Shown: positions 27,578 through 36,771 of the stretch, one piece after another | How positions within the stretch are numbered: the first letter of the stretch is position 1 | How the letters are laid out: the number at the start of each line of letters is the position of its first letter | Notes under the pieces: generated by a model | Seen by the model: the letters and a program-made list of their open reading frames with translations, nothing else | Databases searched by the model: none | Told to the model about the DNA's origin: nothing | Assembly (NCBI GenBank): GCA_045119135.1 | Contig: JBGVCY010000114.1 | Coordinates: forward strand, 1-38,370 | Origin: Eubacteriales bacterium | Lineage (GTDB): Bacteria > Bacillota > Clostridia > Oscillospirales > CAG-272 | Length of the DNA: 38,370 bases | Reading direction: 5' to 3' | Program-made: the position numbers and the translations under genes

Positions 27578-29488
27578 TTATTTGCTGTTTTTCTTTCTTG
27601 TGGGGTTGCGGCGACGGCAACGCAGGATCAGCGCGCCATAGGGCGGGATCGAAAGCTTTGCTGAAACGCTTTGCCCGTGCATCGGCTTTTTCTCGGTGCA
27701 GATGTCACCTGCGTTGGCAACACCCGTACCGCCAAAGTCGGTGTGATCGGAGTTGAATACCTCCTCCCACTTGCCGTGGATCGGCAGGCCGATTCTGAAG
27801 TTATCGCGCGGCACGGGGGTGAAGTTGATGATGACGACCAGCTCCCTGCCCTTTTTGTCAAAGCGGCGGTAGGAGACAATGCTCTGCTCGGCATTGTCGG
27901 CATCGATCCAGGAAAAGCCGCCCCATTCGGTATCGCGCTCATACAGCTCGGGATGCGCAAGATAAAAATGGTTCAGCGCCGCCGTGTAGCGTTGCATTTC
28001 GGCGTGCTTGGGATAATCCAGCATAAACCATTCCAGCTCGTTTTCAAAATCCCACTCGCGGAAGGGGCCGTATTCACAACCCATAAACAGCAGCTTTTTG
28101 CCGGGATGTGTCATCATATAGGCAAGATACGCGCGCGTAGCGCCGAACTTTTCCTCATACGGAACGGGAGCGCGGTCAAGCAGCGATTTCTTGCCGTGCA
28201 CCACCTCGTCGTGCGAGATGGGCAGGATATACTTTTCATTAAAGGAATACGTGATTGAAAAGTTGATGCGGTTGTGCTGAAACTTACGGAAGAAGGGGTC
28301 GGTGGAATGGTATTCCAGCGAATCGTTCATCCAGCCCATATTCCACTTGTAGGTAAAGCCAAGTCCGCCGTTCTCGCGCGAGGTAAGGTTGCCCCACGCG
28401 GTAGATTCCTCGGCGATCATCATCACGTCGGGGTATTTGCCGCGCAGATGGTCGTTCAGCTTCTGGAAGAAGGCGATTGCCTCCAGGTTGCGGTTATCGC
28501 CGTGCACATTCGGCACCCATTCCTCGGGAGTGCGGTCGTAATCGAGATACAGCATCGAGGCAACGGCATCCACGCGCAGACCGTCGGCGTGGTATTTTTC
28601 AATCCAGAACGCGGCGTTGGAAACAAGGAAGCTTTGCACCTCCTCGCGTCCCACGTCAAAGCAACGTGTGCCCCATCCGCGATGCTCTTGTCTGTCCTTG
28701 CCCTGATACTCGTAAAGGGGCTGACCGTCAAATTCGTAAAGACCGTGTGCATCCTTCGGGAAATGGGCGGGCACCCAGTCAAGGATCACGCCGATTCCCG
28801 CCTCGTGAAAGGCATCGACCAGAGCCATAAAATCATCGGGAGTGCCATAGCGCGAGGTAGGCGCGTAGTAGCCCGTTACCTGATAGCCCCACGAGCCGTC
28901 GAAGGGATGCTCCATTACAGGCATCAGCTCAACGTGCGTAAAGCCCATCGATTTGACGTAGGGCGGCAGCTCGTTTGCCAACTCACGGTAGGTGTAATAG
29001 CTGCCGTCGGCGTGGCGCTTGAAGGAGCCAAGATGTACCTCGTAAATATTCAGGGGCTGTTCATAGATGGTTTTGGGCGACATGGTTTTTGCGCGGTGCG
29101 CCAACCAGCCCGCATCCCGCCACTGATATTTGGAGATATCATAGCAGATCGAAGCAGTCTCGGGCTTCAGCTCGGCGTAAAAGGCGTAAGGGTCTGCCTT
29201 ATAGCGGTCGCCGTGCGGGGTCTTCAGCTTGAATTTATAAAGCGAGCCCTCGCCGAAGCGGTCGCTTGTGATCATCCCCTCAAACACGCCGCCATCGCTG
29301 ATGCGTGTCAGCGGATCGGAATCGCACCAATGGTTGAAGTCGCCAACCACGAACACTTCATAAGCGTTGGGCGCCCAAACGCGGAAGACAAAGCCGCCCT
29401 CAACAGGATGAACGCCGAAGTAATCGTAGCTTTGGTAGTTCGTGCCTTGGTGAAAGAGATATGCGGCAAGGTCACTTTGGTTTCTCAT
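27578..29488 (-). CDS. glgB: 1,4-alpha-glucan branching enzyme
   Basis: FRVWAPNA, EHPFDGSWGYQ, DWVPAHFP, RVDAVASM, AEEST, SHDEVVHGK; ATG 29488 chosen for its spacing from AGGAGG. Confidence 0.97.
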   Translation of the reverse strand: MRNQSDLAAYLFHQGTNYQSYDYFGVHPVEGGFVFRVWAPNAYEVFVVGDFNHWCDSDPLTRISDGGVFEGMITSDRFGEGSLYKFKLKTPHGDRYKADPYAFYAELKPETASICYDISKYQWRDAGWLAHRAKTMSPKTIYEQPLNIYEVHLGSFKRHADGSYYTYRELANELPPYVKSMGFTHVELMPVMEHPFDGSWGYQVTGYYAPTSRYGTPDDFMALVDAFHEAGIGVILDWVPAHFPKDAHGLYEFDGQPLYEYQGKDRQEHRGWGTRCFDVGREEVQSFLVSNAAFWIEKYHADGLRVDAVASMLYLDYDRTPEEWVPNVHGDNRNLEAIAFFQKLNDHLRGKYPDVMMIAEESTAWGNLTSRENGGLGFTYKWNMGWMNDSLEYHSTDPFFRKFQHNRINFSITYSFNEKYILPISHDEVVHGKKSLLDRAPVPYEEKFGATRAYLAYMMTHPGKKLLFMGCEYGPFREWDFENELEWFMLDYPKHAEMQRYTAALNHFYLAHPELYERDTEWGGFSWIDADNAEQSIVSYRRFDKKGRELVVIINFTPVPRDNFRIGLPIHGKWEEVFNSDHTDFGGTGVANAGDICTEKKPMHGQSVSAKLSIPPYGALILRCRRRNPTRKKNSK

Positions 29489-29534
29489 ATCGTTCATCCT
29501 CCTTTTTTGATCGGCATGCTTGATGTATATATTA

Positions 29535-29563
29535 ATTATACACTATTTGTTAATAAATTACAA
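29535..29563 (-). promoter_or_regulatory. sigma-A promoter of the glg operon
   Basis: TTGTAA-N17-TATAAT. Confidence 0.65.
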
Positions 29564-29793
29564 TCATTTCTTTTCAGTTTTCTTCGTTTATTTTTTAACA
29601 AGACAACATTTTTCTGCCAATTTCGCATTCGATAGCAAAAAACGGCAAAACGGTGTGCTTTTTTCGTTTCTTCCCCCGATTTTTTGTTTGTTGTTATCCG
29701 CAATTTTTTTCGTTCGTTTTCGATACCGTTTGTACCTCTTTTTTAAAAAGAAGGACGTTTTTGAAAAAACTTTTTTTGCCATTCTTCAATCCA

Positions 29794-29822
29794 TTGACTT
29801 TCACGCCCCATTCTGTTATAAT
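29794..29822 (+). promoter_or_regulatory. sigma-A promoter of the holB operon
   Basis: TTGACT-N17-TATAAT with extended TG. Confidence 0.8.
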
Positions 29823-29856
29823 ATTAAGATGAGATAGTAGGGAAAGGGGTGGCATC

Positions 29857-30906
29857 GTGCAACGACATTTCGCATCCGTGGCAGGAAATGCCACGCTTCT
29901 GTCAAGGCTTGGTGCCGAGCTTACGGGCAACTCCGTTTCTCACGCTTACATCATCGAAGGATGCCGCGGTATCGGTAAAAAAACGCTGGCACGTGAGCTT
30001 GTTATGGCGCTTGCCTGCGAAAAACGCACCGAAAGCGGCGCTTCTCTGCCCTGCGGAACCTGCGCCACCTGCCGCAGAATCGCATCGGGTCTTTGCCCCG
30101 ATGTGATCTGGGTCACCCGACCCGAGGGCAAGGTCTTTATTCCCGTAGATACCGTGCGCGATCTGCGCCAGAGCGTGTCGGTCGTTCCCAACGATTTGTC
30201 CTTCAAGGTCTATATCATTTGCGATGCACATACGATGAATCAGCAAGCGCAGAACGCACTGCTTCTGACACTTGAGGAACCGCCCCCCTTTGTGCTGTTC
30301 CTTCTTTTGACCGAGGATGCAAGCGCCCTGCTTGAGACCATTCGCTCCCGCGCGCCGATCCTGCGTATGCAACCGGTTGGTGAGAGTGAAATGCGCGCTT
30401 TCCTGCTCTCTCCCGAGCGCGAGCCGAAGCTGCTGCGTGCCGCGCGTGACCTTTCGGAAAACGCTCCCGCCGATTTTGATGCGTTGATCACCGCCTCAGG
30501 CGGCGCGATCGGCAAGGCGCTGGAGCTGTTGGACGACAAGAAACGCGAGCCGATGCTGGAAAACCGCGCGCTGATCACAAGCACGGTAACCCTGCTTGCC
30601 ACACGCACGCGCACCGACGAGCTGATGACCACGCTTTTTGCATTTGGCAACAACCGCGAAGAGGTCATCGACCGCCTCGCTCTCTTACGCCTTGCTCTGC
30701 GCGACCTTTTGGCGCTTGGTCTTTCCGAGGAAGCACCGTTGCTGTTTTTCACCGACCGCGACCAGGCGATCGAGCTTTCCGAACGCTTTACCGCTACCCG
30801 TCTGCTTGCCATTGGCAACGCCATTGAGGCAACGACCGATATGCTGGCAGAAAACGCCAATTTGCGCCTTGCGCTGACACAGCTTCTCACAACCCTTATT
30901 AGATAA
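29857..30906 (+). CDS. holB: DNA polymerase III subunit delta'
   Basis: HAYIIEG..GIGK, zinc module C...CGTCATC, AQNALLLTLEEPP, LLETIRSR; syntenic with yaaT. Confidence 0.9.
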   Translation: MQRHFASVAGNATLLSRLGAELTGNSVSHAYIIEGCRGIGKKTLARELVMALACEKRTESGASLPCGTCATCRRIASGLCPDVIWVTRPEGKVFIPVDTVRDLRQSVSVVPNDLSFKVYIICDAHTMNQQAQNALLLTLEEPPPFVLFLLLTEDASALLETIRSRAPILRMQPVGESEMRAFLLSPEREPKLLRAARDLSENAPADFDALITASGGAIGKALELLDDKKREPMLENRALITSTVTLLATRTRTDELMTTLFAFGNNREEVIDRLALLRLALRDLLALGLSEEAPLLFFTDRDQAIELSERFTATRLLAIGNAIEATTDMLAENANLRLALTQLLTTLIR

Positions 30907-30939
30907 GAATACGGACACAGTTCCACGAACGGAGTTAAT

Positions 30940-32514
30940 ATGGAAGATAAAAAGAAACGATTTTCGCCCCACCGCGAGGGCGAGCATAAAGAAGGAAACG
31001 GACAGCGCATTTCGGTGCGTCCCGGCAACTTCACCCCGCCTGCCGAGCAGAGCGCACAGCGCGCACAGCAAAGCAAGCGGCGCGAGCAGGGTCGCCCCGC
31101 GCCCGAGAACGCGCGCCGCGATGGACAGAAAAACGGCGATAACCGCCGACACGGGGATAAAAACAGTCCCAACAACGCCAGCAACAACAATGCCAATAAC
31201 GGCACCAACAACAGTGGTGCACAGGGTGGAAACGGCGGTCGCCGCCGCAACCGCCGCAATCGCAACCGCAACCGTCAGCACGACGAAAAGCACACCCAAC
31301 AGCATGTCGCACATCCCGTAGCGGCTCCCGCCGCGGCACCTGCCGCAAAGGAAAGCGCGCCCGTTGCCAAGCGCGAGGACCGTCGCCGTGATGACCGTCG
31401 CGCACACAAGCAACAAAACGCCGCACGTGTGCCAAGCGATAGCGTTTCCGCAATGCTTCGCCGCGAGCTGGACGAGGAATTCTCGACCCCCGCATTCTCC
31501 TCTTTCGCACCCAAGAAGCCCGAAAAAGAGCAGACCGCCGTTGATACCGACGAGTTTGCTGTTGATATTGCCACCGCCGCATATCTGCTTGACGATATCC
31601 CCTGTGGCTTCCCCGCACCCGACGGCAAGGCCGTTGAGGTGGTGGGCGTACGCTTCCGCCGCGCGGGCAAGGTCTATTTCTTTGCTCCCAACGGCTTTTC
31701 CTGCCGCATCGGCGAATCGGTGCTGGTCGATACCGCACGTGGCGAAGAGCTTGGCGAAATCGTGATGCTGAATCGCAAGATCGCCGAGAAGAACGTTGTG
31801 CAGCCTCTGCGTGCCGTTCTGCGCCGCGCCACCAAAGAAGATCTTGCCCACGAGGAAGAAAATCGCCGCAAGGAACGCGAAGCGCTGAAAACCTGCGCCG
31901 CAAAGATCGCCGAGCACAAACTGGATATGAAGCTGATCGATGCGCAGTATACCTTTGATAATTCTAAGCTGCTCTTCTATTTCACCTCTGAGGGACGTGT
32001 GGACTTCCGCGACCTGGTACGTGATCTTGCAGGCATCTTCCGCACGCGCATTGAGCTGCGCCAGATCGGTATTCGCGACGAATCGCGCCTCATTGGCGGT
32101 CTTGGTATGTGCGGCAGACCCTTCTGTTGTACCACCTTCCTTTCGGATTTCGGTCAGGTATCGATCAAAATGGCAAAGGAGCAGGGACTTTCGATCAATG
32201 CTTCCAAGATCTCAGGCTGCTGCGGCAGACTGATGTGCTGTCTGCGCTACGAGCACGAAACCTATGCCGCCGAGACACGGCTGACCCCGAAGAAGGATGC
32301 CCTTGTCGAAACGCCCGACGGAACGGGCGTGGTGATTGAGGCAACGCCGCTTGCGGGCACCGTAAAGGTGCGCCTTGACAGCGCGCCCGAGGAAGCCCCC
32401 CGCACCTATCACCGCGACACGGTGACTGTGCTGTCGCGCGACAAGCGCGCGCAGGCTCCTGCCGCCGATGCCGCTGAGGAAAACAGCGACGAATCCGGCG
32501 ACGAAAGCAAATGA
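30940..32514 (+). CDS. ricT: PSP1-domain protein RicT/YaaT with a long low-complexity N-terminal extension
   Basis: VVGVRF..AGKVYFF, FYFTSEGRVDFRDLVRDLA, RIELRQIG.RDE, GGLGMCGRPFCC, KISGCCGRLMCCLRYE; GGAG RBS before ATG 30940. Confidence 0.92.
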   Translation: MEDKKKRFSPHREGEHKEGNGQRISVRPGNFTPPAEQSAQRAQQSKRREQGRPAPENARRDGQKNGDNRRHGDKNSPNNASNNNANNGTNNSGAQGGNGGRRRNRRNRNRNRQHDEKHTQQHVAHPVAAPAAAPAAKESAPVAKREDRRRDDRRAHKQQNAARVPSDSVSAMLRRELDEEFSTPAFSSFAPKKPEKEQTAVDTDEFAVDIATAAYLLDDIPCGFPAPDGKAVEVVGVRFRRAGKVYFFAPNGFSCRIGESVLVDTARGEELGEIVMLNRKIAEKNVVQPLRAVLRRATKEDLAHEEENRRKEREALKTCAAKIAEHKLDMKLIDAQYTFDNSKLLFYFTSEGRVDFRDLVRDLAGIFRTRIELRQIGIRDESRLIGGLGMCGRPFCCTTFLSDFGQVSIKMAKEQGLSINASKISGCCGRLMCCLRYEHETYAAETRLTPKKDALVETPDGTGVVIEATPLAGTVKVRLDSAPEEAPRTYHRDTVTVLSRDKRAQAPAADAAEENSDESGDESK

Positions 32515-32620
32515 GAAGGTTTGTTAAAAAATAAATTTTATGGTTTTTTACAAAAAGTATTTGCTTTTTGTCGAAAATGTGCTACAATAGCATTAACGAA
32601 TTGTAATGGAGGTACATATC

Positions 32621-32791
32621 ATGGCTTTCAAGATTACTGATGAATGTCTGTCTTGCGGCGCTTGTGCTGGGGCTTGTCCCGTTGGCGCTATCACCGAAGG
32701 CGATAGCAAATACGTCATCGATGCTGACGCTTGCATCTCCTGCGGTTCTTGCGCAGCTGCTTGCCCCGTTGGCGCTCCCGTAGAGGAATAA
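32621..32791 (+). CDS. fdx: 2[4Fe-4S] clostridial-type ferredoxin (56 aa)
   Basis: Two CxxCxxCxxxCP motifs; GGAGG RBS; own promoter TTGCTT-N16-TACAAT at 32561-32588. Confidence 0.96.
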   Translation: MAFKITDECLSCGACAGACPVGAITEGDSKYVIDADACISCGSCAAACPVGAPVEE

Positions 32792-32803
32792 GTCAAAACC
32801 AAC

Positions 32804-32843
32804 AAAAACGGCGCGAAGTGGGCTTCCCCTTCGTGCCGTTTTT
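32804..32843 (+). terminator. Terminator after the ferredoxin gene
   Basis: AAAAACGGCGCGAAG...CTTCGTGCCGTTTTT. Confidence 0.8.
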
Positions 32844-32891
32844 CCGTCAAAAACCACCCCGTTACCGAACGTTTTTTGAAAGGAGACCGTT

Positions 32892-33659
32892 ATGAAAGGC
32901 GATATCACGCTCTCCGGCGACGAGCGTCTTGACCATGTGAACGAAAATCTGACACTGATCCAGCGCCGAAACGGCCTGACCTTTGGCACTGATGCCTTTT
33001 TGCTTTCTACCTTCTGCCGCCCTGCGCGCCGCGCAAAATGCGCCGATTTTGGGTGCGGCACGGGCATTATTTCCCTACTGCTTGCCGCCCGCGGCACCTA
33101 TGCGCGCATTTATGGTGTAGAGGTACAGGAAAGCTTTGCCGAGCTTGCGCGAAAAAACGCTCAAATTTCGGGGTTTTCCGATACCGTTCCCGTACTTTGT
33201 CGCGATCTGCGTACGCTGACCTCTGCCGATTTCGGGGGCGAGCTTGACGTGATCGTTGCCAATCCCCCCTATATGCGTGTCACCTCAGGGTTTGCTTCCC
33301 CGCACGACGAAAAGCAGATCGCACGCCACGAGGTGCTTGGCGGCATTGAGGATTTCGCACGCGCCGCGGCGCAATGCCTCAAATACGGTGGTAAATTCTA
33401 CACCGTTTTCCGTCCCGATCGATTGGATTCTCTGCTTGCCGCGCTTCGCGCGGCGGGCTTTGCCCCCAAGCGGATGGTCTTTGTACACGATCACGCCGCA
33501 AAAGAGCCCTCAATGGTATTGACCGAGGCACACCTTGGCGGCGCCGAGGGACTTGTGATCCTGCCGCCCCTTATTCTGCACGAAAGTGACGGCACAGGGG
33601 TCAAAAAAGAGCTTTCACCCCGCGCACAAGCCATCTACGACACGGGTGTTTTCAGCTGA
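32892..33659 (+). CDS. tRNA1(Val) adenine-37 N6-methyltransferase (YabB/TrmN6 family)
   Basis: FGTDAFLL, DFGCGTG, VEVQ, NPPY, IARHE; conserved position between yaaT and rsmI. Confidence 0.9.
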   Translation: MKGDITLSGDERLDHVNENLTLIQRRNGLTFGTDAFLLSTFCRPARRAKCADFGCGTGIISLLLAARGTYARIYGVEVQESFAELARKNAQISGFSDTVPVLCRDLRTLTSADFGGELDVIVANPPYMRVTSGFASPHDEKQIARHEVLGGIEDFARAAAQCLKYGGKFYTVFRPDRLDSLLAALRAAGFAPKRMVFVHDHAAKEPSMVLTEAHLGGAEGLVILPPLILHESDGTGVKKELSPRAQAIYDTGVFS

Positions 33660-34218
33660 CCCCCGTATAGCGCAAAATGCCGTTATACACCCCGCGCGCA
33701 AACAGCTGCGGTTGCGTATTCATCAAATTGGCATCGCGCGGATTGGTAATGAAGCCAAGCTCCACCAATACAGCCGGCATTGCCGTGCGCCGCAGTACGT
33801 AAAGGCTGGGGCGCGTGAACACACCGCGATTGTAAAGGCCCGTTGCCTCCTCTAGCTCGGCAAGGATATCCTCTGCCAACGAGAAGGCGCGCGTACCGCG
33901 CGCATACACGAACGCCTCGCTACCCGTAGCAGCCACCAGATCAGAAGCATTGGTGTGCAGGCTGATAAAATAATCAGCGCCCCAGCTGTTGGCATCGTTT
34001 ACGCGTGTCGCAAGGCTTGTGGCATTTGACGTGCCAAGCTGTGTTTCTGGGGTGGGGCGGGAAAGCCGCACCTCGTAATTACTGTTTGCCCGCAGCAGCG
34101 CGGCAGTTTCCTGCCCGATACGGTAAACGATGTTTTGCTCGCGCAGGCCATTCCCCTCTGCTCCTGCGTTGGGGTTGACGGGGTTATGCCCCTGATCGAT
34201 GTAGATTTTAATTGCCAC
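33652..34218 (-). CDS. N-acetylmuramoyl-L-alanine amidase (Amidase_3), catalytic domain only
   Basis: IYIDQGH, E, SL..RV..AN..GADYFISLHTNA, LYVLRRTAMPAVLVELGF; start placed at GTG 34218; no signal peptide. Confidence 0.92.
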   Translation of the reverse strand: MAIKIYIDQGHNPVNPNAGAEGNGLREQNIVYRIGQETAALLRANSNYEVRLSRPTPETQLGTSNATSLATRVNDANSWGADYFISLHTNASDLVAATGSEAFVYARGTRAFSLAEDILAELEEATGLYNRGVFTRPSLYVLRRTAMPAVLVELGFITNPRDANLMNTQPQLFARGVYNGILRYTGVS

Positions 34219-34271
34219 GATCCTGCTGCCACCTTTCCCAAAAAAATCATGGGCATCCGCCCTTTTACAGT

Positions 34272-34299
34272 ATCTTATGCACGCCGCGCCCTTTCCGTG
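34272..34299 (-). promoter_or_regulatory. sigma-K-type promoter of the amidase
   Basis: CACG-N16-CATAAGAT. Confidence 0.6.
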
Positions 34300-34322
34300 C
34301 GTGCCAAGAAAGGATAACAACG

Positions 34323-35222
34323 ATGTCACGAAAAAGCATCTCACCCGAAGAAAAAAATGCCGTTGTGGGCGGCACGCTGTATCTGATCGCCACGCCCATC
34401 GGCAATCTTTCCGATCTTTCCGAGCGTGCTTGCAAAATCCTTGGCGAGGTTGATTTCGTCGCCGCCGAGGATACCCGCAACACGGGAAAATTGTTGACGT
34501 GTATCGGCATTTCCCGACCGATGGTCTCTTATCACGAGCACAACAAGCGTGAGGCGGGCGAGCGCATTGCCGCTCGCCTTCTGGCGGGTGAATCTGCGGC
34601 ACTGGTCAGCGATGCGGGTACCCCTGCCATCAGTGATCCCGGTGAGGATCTGGTAGCGCTTTGTGCTGAAAAAGGCATACCCGTTACCTCAGTTCCCGGT
34701 TGCTGTGCCGCAATTACGGCGCTGGCGCTTTCGGGTCTTTCTACCGCGCGCTTCATCTTCGAGGGATTCCTGCCCGTTGACCGCGCCAGCCGCCGCGAGC
34801 GCCTTTCGCTGTTGGAAGGACAAACTGCGACCATGATCGTATACGAGGCGCCGCACAAGCTGCGCACGACACTGGATGATCTGTCAGCCACGCTTGGTAC
34901 CGAGCGCCGTGTTGCCCTTTGCCGCGAGCTGACCAAGCGCAATGAGGAGATCCACCGCACCACACTGGGCGAAGCCATCGCACACTATCGCGAAAAAGAA
35001 CCGCGCGGTGAGTACGTGCTGGTTATCGAAGGGGGCAAAAACACACCCGTTCGCGGGGATATTGCCGAGCGTGCAGCGCTTTCCCCTGCCGCGCACGTTG
35101 CATATTATGAAAGCACGGGGCTCTCGCGCATGGATGCCATCAAGGCGGCGGCGAAGGAGCGCGGAATCCCGAAGAATCAGCTTTACCGCATTCTGTGCGA
35201 GGAAAAAGGCGAAAACAATTGA
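34323..35222 (+). CDS. rsmI: 16S rRNA C1402 2'-O-methyltransferase
   Basis: LYLIATPIGNL.D, AAEDTR, VSDAGTPAISDPG, FEGFLP, YEAPH, RELTK, PRGE; start at ATG 34323 after AAGGA. Confidence 0.96.
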   Translation: MSRKSISPEEKNAVVGGTLYLIATPIGNLSDLSERACKILGEVDFVAAEDTRNTGKLLTCIGISRPMVSYHEHNKREAGERIAARLLAGESAALVSDAGTPAISDPGEDLVALCAEKGIPVTSVPGCCAAITALALSGLSTARFIFEGFLPVDRASRRERLSLLEGQTATMIVYEAPHKLRTTLDDLSATLGTERRVALCRELTKRNEEIHRTTLGEAIAHYREKEPRGEYVLVIEGGKNTPVRGDIAERAALSPAAHVAYYESTGLSRMDAIKAAAKERGIPKNQLYRILCEEKGENN

Positions 35223-35241
35223 TACAATTCTCACAAAGCAC

Positions 35242-35270
35242 TTGATTTTGCTCGGGTTGTGTGTTACAAT
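35242..35270 (+). promoter_or_regulatory. sigma-A promoter of asd
   Basis: TTGATT-N17-TACAAT with extended TG. Confidence 0.65.
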
Positions 35271-35319
35271 AATAAATCATTGAACAATCATATCTATTTG
35301 TGATAAAGGAGAATTCCCC

Positions 35320-36396
35320 ATGACCAAACGTAAAGTCGGCGTTATCGGCGCCACGGGTATGGTAGGTCAGCGCTTCCTTACGCTGCTTGCCGATCACCCC
35401 TATTTTGAGGTTACCGCACTGATCGCCTCGGCTCGCTCCGCAGGCAAGACCTATAAAGAAGCCATCGGCGACCGCTGGAAGCTGAAGACTCCCTGCCCTG
35501 AGCAGTATCTCGATATGGTGGTAATGGATGCTGCCAACATCGATGCCGTGAAGGAGCTTTGCAGCTTTGTTTTCTGCGCCGTCGATATGAAAAAAGAGGA
35601 CATCCGTGCCCTGGAAGAGGCATATGCCCGTGCAGAGATTCCCGTGGTATCGAACAACTCGGCACACCGCTGGACCCCCGATGTGCCCATGGTGATTCCC
35701 GAAATCAACGATGCACACCTTGCCGTCATCGAATCCCAGAGAAAGCGCCTTGGCACCAAGCGCGGCTTTATCGCTGTCAAGCCCAATTGCTCGATTCAGG
35801 CGTACGTACCCATGCTGACCGCCCTGATGGAATACGAGCCCTATGAGGTAGTGGCTACCACCTATCAGGCAATTTCGGGTGCAGGCAAGACCTTCCGCGA
35901 GTGGCCCGAGATGATCGACAACGTCATCCCCTACATTGGTGGCGAGGAAGAAAAGAGCGAGCAGGAGCCCCTGCGCGTTTGGGGCAAGGTTGAGAACGGC
36001 GAGATCGTAAAGGCTGAGGGCATTACCATCACCACCCAGTGCATCCGCGTTCCCGTTACCGACGGTCATACCGCCGCTGTTTTCGTGAAGTTCCGCAAGA
36101 ATCCCACCAAGGAGCAGATCCTTGCCGCATGGAAAAACTTTGCAGGCAAGCCCCAGGCGCTGGAGCTGCCCCACGCCCCCGCGCAGTTTATCACCTATTT
36201 TGAAGAGGATAACCGTCCTCAGGCAGCGCTTGACCGCGATATTTACGGCGGTATGGGCGTATCTGTCGGCAGACTGCGCGAGGACACCGTTTACGATTGG
36301 AAGTTCGTCGGTCTTTCGCACAACACCCTGCGCGGTGCCGCAGGCGGCGCTGTGCTGATCGCAGAGCTTCTGCACCGCGAGGGCTATTTCGACTGA
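35320..36396 (+). CDS. asd: Aspartate-semialdehyde dehydrogenase
   Basis: GATGMVGQRF, SNNSAHR, KPNCS, YQAISGAG, CIRVPV.DGH, SHNTLRGAAGG. Confidence 0.97.
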   Translation: MTKRKVGVIGATGMVGQRFLTLLADHPYFEVTALIASARSAGKTYKEAIGDRWKLKTPCPEQYLDMVVMDAANIDAVKELCSFVFCAVDMKKEDIRALEEAYARAEIPVVSNNSAHRWTPDVPMVIPEINDAHLAVIESQRKRLGTKRGFIAVKPNCSIQAYVPMLTALMEYEPYEVVATTYQAISGAGKTFREWPEMIDNVIPYIGGEEEKSEQEPLRVWGKVENGEIVKAEGITITTQCIRVPVTDGHTAAVFVKFRKNPTKEQILAAWKNFAGKPQALELPHAPAQFITYFEEDNRPQAALDRDIYGGMGVSVGRLREDTVYDWKFVGLSHNTLRGAAGGAVLIAELLHREGYFD

Positions 36397-36410
36397 TCGC
36401 CCCGCGATAA

Positions 36411-36444
36411 AAAAAGAGCAAACTCGTTTGAGTTTGCTCTTTTT
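36411..36444. terminator. Bidirectional terminator
   Basis: AAAAAGAGCAAACTC-GTTT-GAGTTTGCTCTTTTT between convergent genes. Confidence 0.85.
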
Positions 36445-36736
36445 ATTTTTCCAACCCTTCGTAAGGAAGTGAGGGATCGTGTATATCGTTTGCGGGCTTT
36501 TCTGCGCCGCACTCGGTGCAGACACCCTGCTCATAGGTGTGCGGTGCCAACGGTATCGTTTCGGTACCCGAAGCGCCGCAGGCGCATTCGCGGCGACGCT
36601 CACCCTCTTCCTCGCAGGTGGCTTCACGAATGACGGTCCATTCCCCCCACTCGTGATCATGTGCTCTTTCACAGGAAACAAACAGCAGACAAAAGGATAG
36701 TAGCAAAACGGCAAGGCAGGAAAGAGTGCGCTTCAT
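36443..36736 (-). CDS. Small lipoprotein with a His/Cys-rich module
   Basis: AAGGAG RBS, lipobox FVSC, HDHEWGEW...ATCEEEG...CACG...HTY...CTECG. Confidence 0.8.
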   Translation of the reverse strand: MKRTLSCLAVLLLSFCLLFVSCERAHDHEWGEWTVIREATCEEEGERRRECACGASGTETIPLAPHTYEQGVCTECGAEKPANDIHDPSLPYEGLEK

Positions 36737-36771
36737 GTTTCTTCTCCTTATGTTTGTAATTTCTTGATCTT

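Noticed and set aside
10537-29635. Long plus-strand ORFs (10537-12006, 14569-16545, 16963-18795, 19337-20521, 21166-22776, 23684-25246, 24954-26456, 28274-29635)
   Set aside because: Each mirrors a recognisable minus-strand gene; codon bias explains the lack of stops, and I saw no domain motifs.
31170-31275. AAC/CGCAAC short repeats as a CRISPR array or contingency locus
   Set aside because: In-frame imperfect codon repeats encoding Asn/Arg low-complexity sequence; no spacers.
34219-34602. N-terminal extensions of the amidase and rsmI ORFs given in the ORF track
   Set aside because: They overlap each other and lie before the family N-termini; downstream starts fit the RBS and motifs better.
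30240-36714. Long minus-strand ORFs (30240-31271, 30685-31917, 35140-36714)
   Set aside because: Shadows of holB/ricT and asd.
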